Notes: generated from the sequence alone by a model not told the origin. Shown: positions 1 to 9,556, counted from the stretch's first letter. The stretch: DNA of 64,000 nucleotides from Candidatus Heimdallarchaeota archaeon (GCA_020353515.1 CP070695.1:3392050-3456049); one strand, 5' to 3'. A program made the numbers and translations.

Positions 1-483
1 CTTGTATTCAAGAGGCTTCTCTCTTATTACTGGAAGACCTCCAACATAGCAAGTGTAAGAATCGATTTTCTCTAAGGAACTATGGAGGTGGCCTAGTATG
101 ATACTACTAAAACCAGGAGAAACCCCGCAGTCCACTACTGCGGTTACATTATTGTCTTTAGCGAGTTTATCAAGTTTAAAAGCGTCTTCAGGAAAAAATG
201 CAATATCTACAACATTTTTACCAGCTTCTATTATGGTTTTAAGCGTTTCAAAACCCATAAAACCTGGTAATGCTCCAACAATAATATCAAAGGCCATTAC
301 CGTGCTTTTCAAAGTTTGTGAGTTAGATAAATCAGCGTGTATCACGTTAATATGCTGTGATTTTAATTTTTCTAAGGAAGACTGGTTTACATCTGCAACT
401 GTTACATCCATATCTTGATCCATTGTTAAATCAAGGGCGATAGCACTCCCAACAAGACCAGCTCCTAAAACAAGACACTTCAT
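1..483 (-). CDS. Saccharopine dehydrogenase / lysine 6-dehydrogenase family protein (partial, runs off the window start)
   Basis: Not in the ORF track. Manual translation from ATG 483: MKCLVLGAGLVGSAIALDL (Rossmann GxGxxG)...VGALPGFMG...VVDCGVSPGFS...CYVGGLP...PLEYK, open to base 1. Confidence 0.9.
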   Translation of the reverse strand, partial: MKCLVLGAGLVGSAIALDLTMDQDMDVTVADVNQSSLEKLKSQHINVIHADLSNSQTLKSTVMAFDIIVGALPGFMGFETLKTIIEAGKNVVDIAFFPEDAFKLDKLAKDNNVTAVVDCGVSPGFSSIILGHLHSSLEKIDSYTCYVGGLPVIREKPLEYK

Positions 484-948
484 TATACTTTCTCCGCTAT
501 TAATACCTTTAGGTCATAAAAATGTATATAATAAATTTTCTTCTTTTTCTTTATGCGAGATTGACAAATTCATTTGGAAAGTTCCGATAATCTTTTTTTA
601 ATTTGATGATATTATTATGCTACTTTCAAGCCTTCACTTGAAACTGTGACAAGAAGATTCCTCGACCGAGACTCTCAGATTACCTAGTCTGCGCCGCTAT
701 CCTACAACATAAGTGTGCAGGAAAGATTGTGGGAGGTAAGCAAGCAACTAGTGGGAATTATGACCTATTAATTTCATCCAATATATGTTTTGGAATCTAA
801 ACCAGTCGTTTATGATATTCTATTGTGATGTAAGTGAGAGATTTTTTGGCTCTATTTCTCCTTCTCACAAATATTTTTTCTATTCTATGTGTCTATTTTC
901 TTAGCTTTTGAATATTTACGACGTTCAATTTAAGGGGAAGAGTCTACA

Positions 949-1110
949 ATGGTAACCTTCACGATCATTCCTGTAGTTGGAGTCATTTTTGCCCTATTTG
1001 TTATTCCTCCGTCTATCAAAGCCAACCCAACAAATAATTGGATTAAAACTGAAGCCATAATCCTGCAATCATCAGTTACAGAAGTATCATCAGGTTCGGG
1101 TGAAGATTTG
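949..1110 (+). pseudogene. Truncated fragment of a DUF3592-like membrane protein
   Basis: TM segment followed by WIKTEAIILQSSVTEVSS. Similarity stops near 1110, where it meets an opposite-strand fragment. Confidence 0.4.
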
Positions 1111-1196
1111 ACAGCATTTCTCAACAAATATCTGTCACAAGGATAAGCTATTTTTAGTTCCTCTAAACTTGTACCCCATGTTTCATTTACTGACAC
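1110..1196 (-). pseudogene. N-terminal fragment of a conserved hypothetical protein (WGT...YPCDRYL start)
   Basis: MSVNETWGTSLEELKIAYPCDRYL resembles a recurrent conserved N-terminus. The rest of ORF 930-1196 is the antisense of the fragment above. Confidence 0.4.
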
Positions 1197-1261
1197 AGCT
1201 AGTTTTCCTCCAGTTTTAGCTAATCTTAATGATCAAGACTAGAGTTGTCTGATAAATCTAG

Positions 1262-1663
1262 TCATGGTAATGATACTAACCGCTTGATATTTGGAATTTT
1301 GTCAAAATCAGTATCAAAGGAAGCGATTGTTGTGATTTTTAATACCTGCATGGCTTGATACATACAAGCATCATCAAAATCCAGCTGTAGTGATCTCATA
1401 TGCTCTGTTGCTTCAATTTTATCGAAAATAGACAGCTGATAAAACTCCAGCCCCTCATAAGCAAGTAAAGAGACAAAAAATCGTTTTATTTCAGCTGGTG
1501 ATTTGTTATAATGTTCCATAATGATTGCAATGGAATCAACGGTAAAATCAGTGATATAGGCTCGAATAATATTTTTAAAAACAGCTTTCAATATTTCCGA
1601 TGCCCTCTGTGCTTTTTCTTGATTGAGTTGAACTTCTAAGAAGATATTTGTATCAATTAACAT
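1262..1663 (-). CDS. vapC: PIN-domain toxin (VapC family)
   Basis: LIDTNIF N-terminus, DFDDA and ASFDTDFD acidic PIN motifs, 133 aa, directly downstream of a small antitoxin-like gene. Confidence 0.9.
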   Translation of the reverse strand: MLIDTNIFLEVQLNQEKAQRASEILKAVFKNIIRAYITDFTVDSIAIIMEHYNKSPAEIKRFFVSLLAYEGLEFYQLSIFDKIEATEHMRSLQLDFDDACMYQAMQVLKITTIASFDTDFDKIPNIKRLVSLP

Positions 1664-1679
1664 TATTAGTCCCTACTAG

Positions 1680-1958
1680 CTATTGATTCCCAACACGATA
1701 TTCTTTTGCTTTATGTTGGAGTTCTACAGATGTAAGAGTTATACCTTCAAGCTGTCCTCTGATCTCATAAATTGGATCTTCTGGAATACTTATTGTTTCT
1801 AAGTTACTCGAATGTTCTTGAATCCATTTCTTGAAAGCTTGTTCTGCTGCTTTACTCAAAGATCCTTTTCCATAACCAAATATTTTCATCGCTGTTTTTC
1901 GAAATTCTTCCTCAATTTTTGGATCAATATACACTTTTATGCCTTTCATATCATTCAA
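1680..1958 (-). CDS. Antitoxin, ribbon-helix-helix-like (VapB type); likely start ATG 1949
   Basis: IKVYIDPKIEEEFRK...KGSLSKAAEQAFKKW RHH-like N-terminus, TSVELQH C-terminus, 16 bp upstream of vapC. Confidence 0.8.
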   Translation of the reverse strand: MNDMKGIKVYIDPKIEEEFRKTAMKIFGYGKGSLSKAAEQAFKKWIQEHSSNLETISIPEDPIYEIRGQLEGITLTSVELQHKAKEYRVGNQ

Positions 1959-2197
1959 AAGCTATAGGGAATTAGGGTATAAAAATCTTACCACCTTAAG
2001 ACACTATGAAATAAGATAATTCTCTTGACTAATAGAAGATATTTAATTCCCCTTGTAAAATAAACATTGGCTTTCGAATCATCCTTTTTAAAATCTAAAC
2101 CAAATAGACAAAGAAAAAGGGAGATACCAAGACTTATTGATAAATGTTGTTTTGAAAAATCCTCTTCAAATCTCTTCATGACTTCATTAAGTCTCTT

Positions 2198-2941
2198 TTA
2201 GACATTCAAAATTGCAGGAACCAGAAAGCTCATAACTTTTTTTTCAGCTTTCCGTAGATGCTCATCAAAAGTTCTACGGGAAATTGCTATTTCCTCTGCT
2301 AATGCTTTTAAGGGAATAGCTCGAGGAATATCATAATATCCATTTTTATAAGCAATACTAAGGGCAAGTTGTTGTTTATCGGTTAAAGCGGTTTTTAATT
2401 CACTTAACGGAAGATAAAATGGGTAGGGCCCGCTGGTAGTTTTCAAGGGCGCTAATTTTAAAACATTTACTTCTGCAATCATTGGTACTTCTTTTCTAAT
2501 ATGGTCTAGTATTAGACCAGCATCGTCAGGTGTTACAATTAGATTTATGATTTCTCTACCTGCAAGGTATTTTGTAGGGGGCAATTCAAGACAGTCATAT
2601 TTAGTGAAGATGGCGTCTAGAGGAAATTCAGTACATTTACACAGTTTAACAACAAGCTGAACATGGGTCCGTTCTGGAAATGATTTTACAACATGTCCAA
2701 AGTCTTTTTCAAGATCCAAAATAGCTTTATCAAGCGCATCTTTGGTTCCTTTCAACTCAATAATATCATTTTGGCTATTACACCACAATTCTATCGTAAC
2801 ATTGGGATGATCTTGGGAAAGCTTATGAAAGGAGTTAGAACTGGTCTTTTGATGAGTTATTTCAAGTATAAAATTATATAACAACGTTTTCATCCTCTTC
2901 ATTATTCTATAATTGGAGTAATTATATTTGTTTCTAGCCAC
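2198..2941 (-). CDS. HTH-10 (bacterio-opsin activator-like) transcriptional regulator
   Basis: C-terminal LTDKQQLALSIAYKNGYYDIPR...LAEEIAISRRTFDEHLRKAEKKV; divergent from an EamA gene. Confidence 0.9.
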   Translation of the reverse strand: MARNKYNYSNYRIMKRMKTLLYNFILEITHQKTSSNSFHKLSQDHPNVTIELWCNSQNDIIELKGTKDALDKAILDLEKDFGHVVKSFPERTHVQLVVKLCKCTEFPLDAIFTKYDCLELPPTKYLAGREIINLIVTPDDAGLILDHIRKEVPMIAEVNVLKLAPLKTTSGPYPFYLPLSELKTALTDKQQLALSIAYKNGYYDIPRAIPLKALAEEIAISRRTFDEHLRKAEKKVMSFLVPAILNV

Positions 2942-2990
2942 CTATGGGAGGTTGTAAACTTATTTCTCTTTTCAACTGTAATTGAATTAG

Positions 2991-4016
2991 GTGAAATTAG
3001 TGCAAATATTTCAGAATGAAAGGCAAAAAGCACAATTACTGTTGTTAAATGCAAATTTTATTTGGGGGATTACCCCTATTTTTCTGGAAGTTGTTTTAAA
3101 GTACACTACCCCCCTTCAAGCAACAACAATACGATTTGGAATGGCAGCTATCATCCTAGGAATCTTCTTATATCTATCAAAAGGCAAGAAAACCTTTTCA
3201 CTGGTATCAGTAAAGATGATAATACTTCTTGGGTGGCTAGATGCACTTGGATACCTTACGGCAACGATTGGACAGGACTTGACAACACTAGGTTTCGCAA
3301 CTTTGTTGTCTTCACTTTATGTGTTTTTGGTCCCTTTTATTGCTTGGAAACTTGAAAAGACCAAGATCCATAGAAATGTGATTTATGTAGGAATTTTATC
3401 ATTGTTTGGGGTTTTTCTTATGAGCTTCAATGGGAATTGGTCAAACTTCGTAAATTTCTCCTTCATTGGAAATTCTATTTTGATTTTTTCAGCAATTATG
3501 TTTGGATTTTATTCAGTAATTGCTGGGAAGTATTTGAGTGAGAGTAATAATCATGAGGAAAAAGTCAATCTATCATCATTTACGTTCGCTAGTCTATTTC
3601 ACACCTTTCTAGCACTTTTTATAATTTCCTTTTTAATTAAAGAGCCATTACCTTCTCTACCTGTAGATATTTTTCCATATTTCATTTTTTTAGGGCTTTT
3701 TCCGACTTTCATTGCATTAGGCTTATGGAATTGGGCTTTAATAAGATTGGGATCTGTAAATACATCATTTTTCCAGTTGCTTCAGATACTAATACCAGTC
3801 GTTTTAGAATTCATCTTGTATCAACAGATCTACTCCGCATGGATATACAGTGGAATGGCTCTCATTCTCATCTCAACACTATGGATCAATGGTAGTGATT
3901 TTCAGAAGGAAGAGGTGACAGAGGAGTTGCTATCACACAAGATACTAGAAGAACATCCAGTAACATCTTCTATGGGTGTGAAAGATCTTAACTTTGCAGA
4001 ATGCTGCTGGAACTAG
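2991..4016 (+). CDS. DMT/EamA family transporter
   Basis: About 10 TM helices in two repeats; FIWG, RFG and AWKLEK motifs. Confidence 0.9.
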   Translation: MKLVQIFQNERQKAQLLLLNANFIWGITPIFLEVVLKYTTPLQATTIRFGMAAIILGIFLYLSKGKKTFSLVSVKMIILLGWLDALGYLTATIGQDLTTLGFATLLSSLYVFLVPFIAWKLEKTKIHRNVIYVGILSLFGVFLMSFNGNWSNFVNFSFIGNSILIFSAIMFGFYSVIAGKYLSESNNHEEKVNLSSFTFASLFHTFLALFIISFLIKEPLPSLPVDIFPYFIFLGLFPTFIALGLWNWALIRLGSVNTSFFQLLQILIPVVLEFILYQQIYSAWIYSGMALILISTLWINGSDFQKEEVTEELLSHKILEEHPVTSSMGVKDLNFAECCWN

Positions 4017-4195
4017 CTGCTTGTTCCGAAAATAGATTCTCCTCTTCTCTCCTTCTTTAAAATTCCTGGATAACCTGATCTAGACTTATCCATTATATTA
4101 TTATGGTCTTATTGATTATTCGAAAGCAATGATTCAGAAAATAACTGGACACTATACTAGAATGAGTAAAAACTAAACGAAACTGGAATCCTTAA

Positions 4196-5026
4196 TTAAA
4201 ATTCTTGAATAACTTGATCTAATTGCCACCGTTTATTTTCGATCACTTTCTGAGTCTTGATTGCGAGATGAGCAAAGGGAAAGGATGATTGATCTGGGAG
4301 AACTTCACGCACGGCTTTAACACAAATCGCACGGGCCCAAACTTCGGGTTTTTTAATAAATCGTGCTTTTGGTGTTGAAATAAATTTCCGAGCAATTCGA
4401 AGACAAGCTTGTTTTATCAGAAAAATTTCCTTCTTTGAATAATTATTGCTTAAGTTCATCTCGTCATTCATAACCAGAACAACAGTAGAAAAAAAAGCTG
4501 ATCGATGAGTCTGAGCACGAATTTGTGTCCATTGTTTACGTAATTTTGGATATATTCGTAAGAGCTTAAGTTTCCAAGTACGTACTTCGTTTTTATTGAT
4601 ACTAAGATCAAAGAAATGATTGATCTCGTCCAGCGTGGAATCCAGAAGGGTTAAACCCCGAAAAGTTAGATATAATTCAATAAAACCTAAATAAGAGCAA
4701 ACACGATCCTTCAACGATTTGATTCCTAATAATGTCGAATCAGTTTTTCGGAAGACTGATGTTATTTCTAAAAGCCATTTGAAAGGAAAAAATTCTGCTA
4801 GCTGGGAAGCTACACGCATATTGGTCTGTAAGCGGTCATCGAATTTGGTTTCTTCATGAGTGATGCGATTATGTAACGTGGATAATCGATGAAATTCTTT
4901 TTGGGGGGACTTAACATGCAGAAGGGAACCTAAAAACCAAGTATCAATTTGTTCTTGAGATGTTTGGTATTTAGAACAGGAAATTTCGGATTCAAACCAG
5001 AAATGCTTCTCTAGAGTGGTACCCAT
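4196..5026 (-). CDS. Hypothetical protein, divergent TFIIB/TFB-like cyclin fold without zinc ribbon
   Basis: LGS...FHRLSTLHNR...RVASQL resembles the TFB linker and first cyclin helix; KKPEVWARAI resembles the second-repeat motif; no CxxC pairs. Confidence 0.45.
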   Translation of the reverse strand: MGTTLEKHFWFESEISCSKYQTSQEQIDTWFLGSLLHVKSPQKEFHRLSTLHNRITHEETKFDDRLQTNMRVASQLAEFFPFKWLLEITSVFRKTDSTLLGIKSLKDRVCSYLGFIELYLTFRGLTLLDSTLDEINHFFDLSINKNEVRTWKLKLLRIYPKLRKQWTQIRAQTHRSAFFSTVVLVMNDEMNLSNNYSKKEIFLIKQACLRIARKFISTPKARFIKKPEVWARAICVKAVREVLPDQSSFPFAHLAIKTQKVIENKRWQLDQVIQEF

Positions 5027-5345
5027 GACGATTACTCTCCACAGTTAGGGATTTTAGTTCATGTAATAGTGAAGTCATATGACTACTTAAATCCTTGCAT
5101 TCTTAAATAGGCCTTATAAAGAAATATGGTTTTACCCATTAATTTCTTATTATTTAAAAACATGAAAAAAAAAGAAGCAACATAATACCCTTTTTATCCC
5201 ATAAAATGAATAAGAATCTGATTTAAGTTCATCGTACATTACTTGGTCAAGTTTGCGGATTATTGTTACAACCTACTTTTTAAATATGCGTCAGTTGGTA
5301 TTATCCCAGAACAGAGCGTTAATAGTTCACAAGTGATGAACTTTA

Positions 5346-5516
5346 GTGGATAATTTGAATTCAACTCTTAGAGTAAGACGATCTCACATCCTCCTCATTC
5401 AGTCAATGGATGAAGAACGACTTTTATATCGATTGATTACATCAAATATCCCACCTCGAATCCAAGACCTAATTTTTGACGCAATCGAAGAATTTGAGCA
5501 AAGTCGTTCCATTTAA
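5346..5516 (+). CDS. Small hypothetical protein (56 aa, GTG start)
   Basis: Below the track cutoff: VDNLNSTLRVRRSHILLIQSMDEERLLYRLITSNIPPRIQDLIFDAIEEFEQSRSI; TATA-like TTTTTAAATA about 60 bp upstream. Confidence 0.4.
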   Translation: MDNLNSTLRVRRSHILLIQSMDEERLLYRLITSNIPPRIQDLIFDAIEEFEQSRSI

Positions 5517-5789
5517 TTGTTCGATCAGTTAAATGTCAGTCTAGATGATCTTCACTTTAAAGAAATTATTGTCATAACTTCCAGTCCAAGAGGAATGACT
5601 TTAATATTGAAGAATAAAAATCAAGTTCTTAGGTCTGAATTTGGAGATATAGCAAGCTATTGGTCAAATTTAATGGTTTTTCAGACCACTCTTACCTATT
5701 TCCCGATAGCTCTTCGAGCTCTAGGAGTAAACTTGTGATTCATCTTATTAAAACTCTTAAACTTATTTTGAAAACAAAAAATAAGTTTA

Positions 5790-7835
5790 TTAGATTTCGA
5801 GAATTTTTAATGTGGTTCTGATTCGATCTTTAAGGGCCATTTTTTCCTGGATTATCTCCTTAATTTCTTGTGAGATCGCATTTTTTGTCTCCATCTCCCG
5901 AGGAATCGGTAATAATAAGTCCATAAGTCTGTTACCTAATGTAGAGATGGTTGACTGAATAAAAGTTTTCGCTTTAATTTGGTCTTGCACAATATCGGTA
6001 TTGAGAGACCATAATAGTAGAAATTCATCTAGTAATTCTTTTTTGATAACTCTTATTTTCTTTAAATGGCTTTGAATAATGATTTGAGTGTCCCTCTCTG
6101 TGATCATCGCTGTTTTTCCAATTAGGAATGTTCCATCACTTACGAGTAAAATATCTCCTGCTCTAATATCTTGTTTATCTTTGTATTGTTCGTATATTTC
6201 TCCTGCTACTTGTTTTTTCGGATCAATATTGATCTCCCAGTTAATCAGATCTGAAGTCCTGACGAAAGGAATATCCCCCGTACCATAGAATTTTGAACCA
6301 ATTTCATGTCCACGAGTTATCTGGATAATTCCTTCATTTTTAAGGTCACCAATTCTCACTAATCGATAGTTTCCCGCTTTTTCTAGTTTATCTAACCGTT
6401 GCATAATTTCAGGATTGTAATACTCAGGAATCAGAATTTGATTATCAATCTCAGAGTTTCTAAAAATGAACCCCAAGTGTGAATGATCTTGTAGACGACC
6501 ATCAGTGAATTTCTTATAATTCTGAATTATTTTCGGAAAATCATCATTAACTATCTTTTTACCAGAAGAATCTAATATATAATCTCCCTTTTTATCTATC
6601 AAATAGAGTGGTTTTCCATTCTTATCATGTCCAACGTTTTCTGCAATAGCCATAAAGAAAGAATAATCCTTTTGGGGTTTAACTTTCCTTATAAATAGTA
6701 ATGATGTCTTTGTATGTGTGTGGGGTAGAAATGCTAGATGTGAACAACTAATTAATGCTAATATTTCCACTTGTTGGCGTAAATAATGTAAAATATACCG
6801 ATCTGAGGGGTTTCCAAAGATTCCATCGGGTAGTACTATTCCCATACGACCCCCTGGTTTTAAAAATTCAAGACATCTCTCAATAAAAAGAACTTGTGGG
6901 GGTTGTTTTTCTAGGAGATCATTGGTTTCAAACCACGATCCATTTGACTTTTTCTTCCATTTACGGCCTAGATGGTAATTTTGTAATATTTCTTTTGATT
7001 TAATGGGAATTTTTGCTCCAAATGGGGGATTTGTGCACACAACATCAAAACTATTTAGTGAAATCGCCTCAGATGTTTCTGAACTCCATTCCTGTGAGGA
7101 ATTTAGCGAGTTTTCACAAAAAATCACATTTCCCTTTAAACCCAAGATCGCTAGATATAAACGCGAAATTTTTGCTAGAAATTGATCTTTATCTATACCA
7201 AAGAAGAAGTTAGAAATCTTATTATTTCTCTCTTCTGTCTTTTTTAGTTGATGGGCTAATCCTACAATTAAAAATCCCCCTGTTCCACATGCAGGATCTA
7301 TGAATTGTTCATCTTGCGTCGGGTCAAGGATCTGTATCATGGTTTGTACTATATTTTTCGGTGTAAAGAATTGGCCTTTATTTCCCCTTAGAGATGGTCC
7401 CAGAAATATTTCAAAGGCGTCTCCAATTACATCACGACTAGCTTTAGTTATACTAAACTTTTCAATATTCGCAATGATTGATGTTAATGTTGTTTCGTCA
7501 ACATATAACCTATCTTCAGCATCAAACAATGACTTATGTTGATTTTTGAGTTGGTTGAATAATTGAGTTATTCTCTGTAGTGTTGTACTACTACCAGGGT
7601 AATTTAATTGAAAAATGACTGGTTCATTAGGAGATTCTATTAATTCATCATTAATTTTGCAAAACAATAGAAAGATAAGCTGTTCGGCAAGTCTTTCGTC
7701 TCTAGTAGTACCAACGAAATTTCCTGCTAGTAAATTTCGTATCTTCCTGAAAATTTGCTTTAAATCCTTAGCTTCTATCAAATCTTTTCGAAAGATAGTT
7801 GCACTCAGATTGTTTGCCAGAACAGTTCTCACCAT
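5790..7835 (-). CDS. N6-adenine DNA methyltransferase (HsdM-like) fused to a target recognition domain
   Basis: GQFFTP, FIDPACGTGGFL and TNPPFG motifs, then a C-terminal Methylase_S-like TRD (IPFVRTSDL, GDILL, IGK). Confidence 0.9.
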   Translation of the reverse strand: MVRTVLANNLSATIFRKDLIEAKDLKQIFRKIRNLLAGNFVGTTRDERLAEQLIFLLFCKINDELIESPNEPVIFQLNYPGSSTTLQRITQLFNQLKNQHKSLFDAEDRLYVDETTLTSIIANIEKFSITKASRDVIGDAFEIFLGPSLRGNKGQFFTPKNIVQTMIQILDPTQDEQFIDPACGTGGFLIVGLAHQLKKTEERNNKISNFFFGIDKDQFLAKISRLYLAILGLKGNVIFCENSLNSSQEWSSETSEAISLNSFDVVCTNPPFGAKIPIKSKEILQNYHLGRKWKKKSNGSWFETNDLLEKQPPQVLFIERCLEFLKPGGRMGIVLPDGIFGNPSDRYILHYLRQQVEILALISCSHLAFLPHTHTKTSLLFIRKVKPQKDYSFFMAIAENVGHDKNGKPLYLIDKKGDYILDSSGKKIVNDDFPKIIQNYKKFTDGRLQDHSHLGFIFRNSEIDNQILIPEYYNPEIMQRLDKLEKAGNYRLVRIGDLKNEGIIQITRGHEIGSKFYGTGDIPFVRTSDLINWEINIDPKKQVAGEIYEQYKDKQDIRAGDILLVSDGTFLIGKTAMITERDTQIIIQSHLKKIRVIKKELLDEFLLLWSLNTDIVQDQIKAKTFIQSTISTLGNRLMDLLLPIPREMETKNAISQEIKEIIQEKMALKDRIRTTLKILEI

Positions 7836-8154
7836 GACACTTTATTCTGTTTTTCTGCTATTCTAGTCCCTAGTTATTTATTCTAATCCAGTCCACATAA
7901 ATTTTCTCACGAGCTTTATTGAGACTTTATTGAGAAAGATATACATATAGATTCTTAAAGTTCTATACATGAAGAATGAACCACATTATACTATGCATAA
8001 GGCCTACCTAATTAACTTCAATATTATCGGGATCTTCTTCCTGATGACTCTTTCCCAACCTGTAAATAGGAAAAAACTTGGTACATGGATTCAGTCATGT
8101 TAGTAATTCATTTAAAGTTTAATCATTATAAATTTTGGTAGCTGGTTAAATCTC

Positions 8155-8982
8155 ATGCGTCCTGAAATGTTTACATACCCTGTTGAGGTTTCTAAACATG
8201 AGGACAGCGACTGGCCTTTTAGAGAAGATTATAGTCGAATTGAAATCCTACAGTGTCTTAATTCCTTTTTTGGCCATTCAACTTTACATGAAAACGTCTT
8301 TGAGTTTTATAAAGTGAACCGGCCTGGTTTTGGAATTGACAGAGCGATTACTGTTCTGTCTAATCCTAAAAATGAATATTATGCTATTAGAATTTCTACA
8401 AAACCAGAAATAGAAACTACTGCAGTTGTTTTTGATCCAGCGGCTTATAGCAAAGAACGGATCCAACAATTGTATATGGCCTTACGAGAACATTATCCAG
8501 CAACCTACTTCTTGAATACTAAGCACCTTCTAATCATTCTTCAACGTTTTGTCTTTTATCCTGTGTGCCAATTCGTGAATCTTCATGAGATGATTGGTTT
8601 ATTAGAAATTATTTGGTATGCATCCAAAGCTCGTATTCTTTTAGACTATAATCAGAATCATTGGCTAGTCTCTGAGAGAGGGCACCTTTTTTATGTCGAT
8701 AGCGATTTTATGGGTCATGTTTTACCTGATCGTCACATTGCTTTCTCTGAGAATTTCAATCAAGCTATGGTGTTCATTAATCCTGATAATTGCAATGTTT
8801 TGGCCCAAGTTTTACCTATATTAGCAACTCGTGGCGAGGATTATCCTCAATTTTTAGAAGAATTTTTCACAGTATTAAAAAATTATTTAGAGAGCTGGAA
8901 AACAGTAAAAGAAGTTTCACCTTATATACAATGTAAGTTAAAATGCTTAACTAATATTGTAAATGATTTTTGGTCTAGCTAA
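8155..8982 (+). CDS. Hypothetical protein with a protein-kinase-like fold signature
   Basis: GFGIDR (Gly loop), YAIRIS (VAIK position), LLDYNQNHWLV (catalytic loop), YVDSDFMG (DFG region). Confidence 0.55.
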   Translation: MRPEMFTYPVEVSKHEDSDWPFREDYSRIEILQCLNSFFGHSTLHENVFEFYKVNRPGFGIDRAITVLSNPKNEYYAIRISTKPEIETTAVVFDPAAYSKERIQQLYMALREHYPATYFLNTKHLLIILQRFVFYPVCQFVNLHEMIGLLEIIWYASKARILLDYNQNHWLVSERGHLFYVDSDFMGHVLPDRHIAFSENFNQAMVFINPDNCNVLAQVLPILATRGEDYPQFLEEFFTVLKNYLESWKTVKEVSPYIQCKLKCLTNIVNDFWSS

Positions 8983-8999
8983 CATTGATTGGTGGGTGA

Positions 9000-9530
9000 A
9001 TGAATCAACACCTCCTCATAACGGGGAAACCTGGAGTAGGGAAAACCACACTTGTCACAAAAGTTATTACAGAAATCAAAGAAATGAAACCCAATTGGTT
9101 AATTTCTGGATTTTATACCAAAGAGCTTCGTCAATCTGGACGGAGGATAGGATTCGATATATATACGTTGGATGGACAACAAGGTATTTTAGCACGGTCG
9201 AATGATCCTAAACTTATGTCTAAATTTCGGGTTGGAAAATATTCTGTTGTTACAACTGACTTGGAAGATCTCGTTGTTCCTCTGTTATACGAATCTACAG
9301 ATCTTCTAATACTTGATGAACTTGGGAAAATGGAATTATTTTCATCTAAATTCAGGAATGCAGTCATATTTGCTTTTAATAATCAAACAAGAATATTTGC
9401 AACACTCCCCTTTTATGAAAATCCTTTTCTTGCTTCAATTAAAAGTCGATCGGATATAAAAATCTGGGAATTGACCCAGTCAAATCGACTACATATTTTT
9501 GAAGAAATCGTGAAATTCTTGGAAATCTAA
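9000..9530 (+). CDS. NTPase_1 / THEP1 family nucleoside triphosphatase
   Basis: ITGKPGVGKTT Walker A, GFYTKE, RVGKYSV, LILDELGKMELFS. Confidence 0.95.
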   Translation: MNQHLLITGKPGVGKTTLVTKVITEIKEMKPNWLISGFYTKELRQSGRRIGFDIYTLDGQQGILARSNDPKLMSKFRVGKYSVVTTDLEDLVVPLLYESTDLLILDELGKMELFSSKFRNAVIFAFNNQTRIFATLPFYENPFLASIKSRSDIKIWELTQSNRLHIFEEIVKFLEI

Positions 9531-9556
9531 ATCCCTAAGAAAATAAAAAACAGAGG

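Noticed and set aside
98-418. Plus-strand 106-aa ORF
   Set aside because: Antisense shadow of the dehydrogenase gene on the minus strand.
690-705. Lysine riboswitch (minus strand ATAGCGGCGC resembles the aptamer start, upstream of a lysine-related gene)
   Set aside because: Other conserved lysine aptamer elements and the required length are missing; G.U pairing favours the opposite strand.
1988-2179. 63-aa minus-strand ORF
   Set aside because: No recognisable motif; occupies probable promoter/terminator space between two genes.
5517-5738. 73-aa plus-strand ORF
   Set aside because: TTG start, no motif; cannot be supported from sequence alone.
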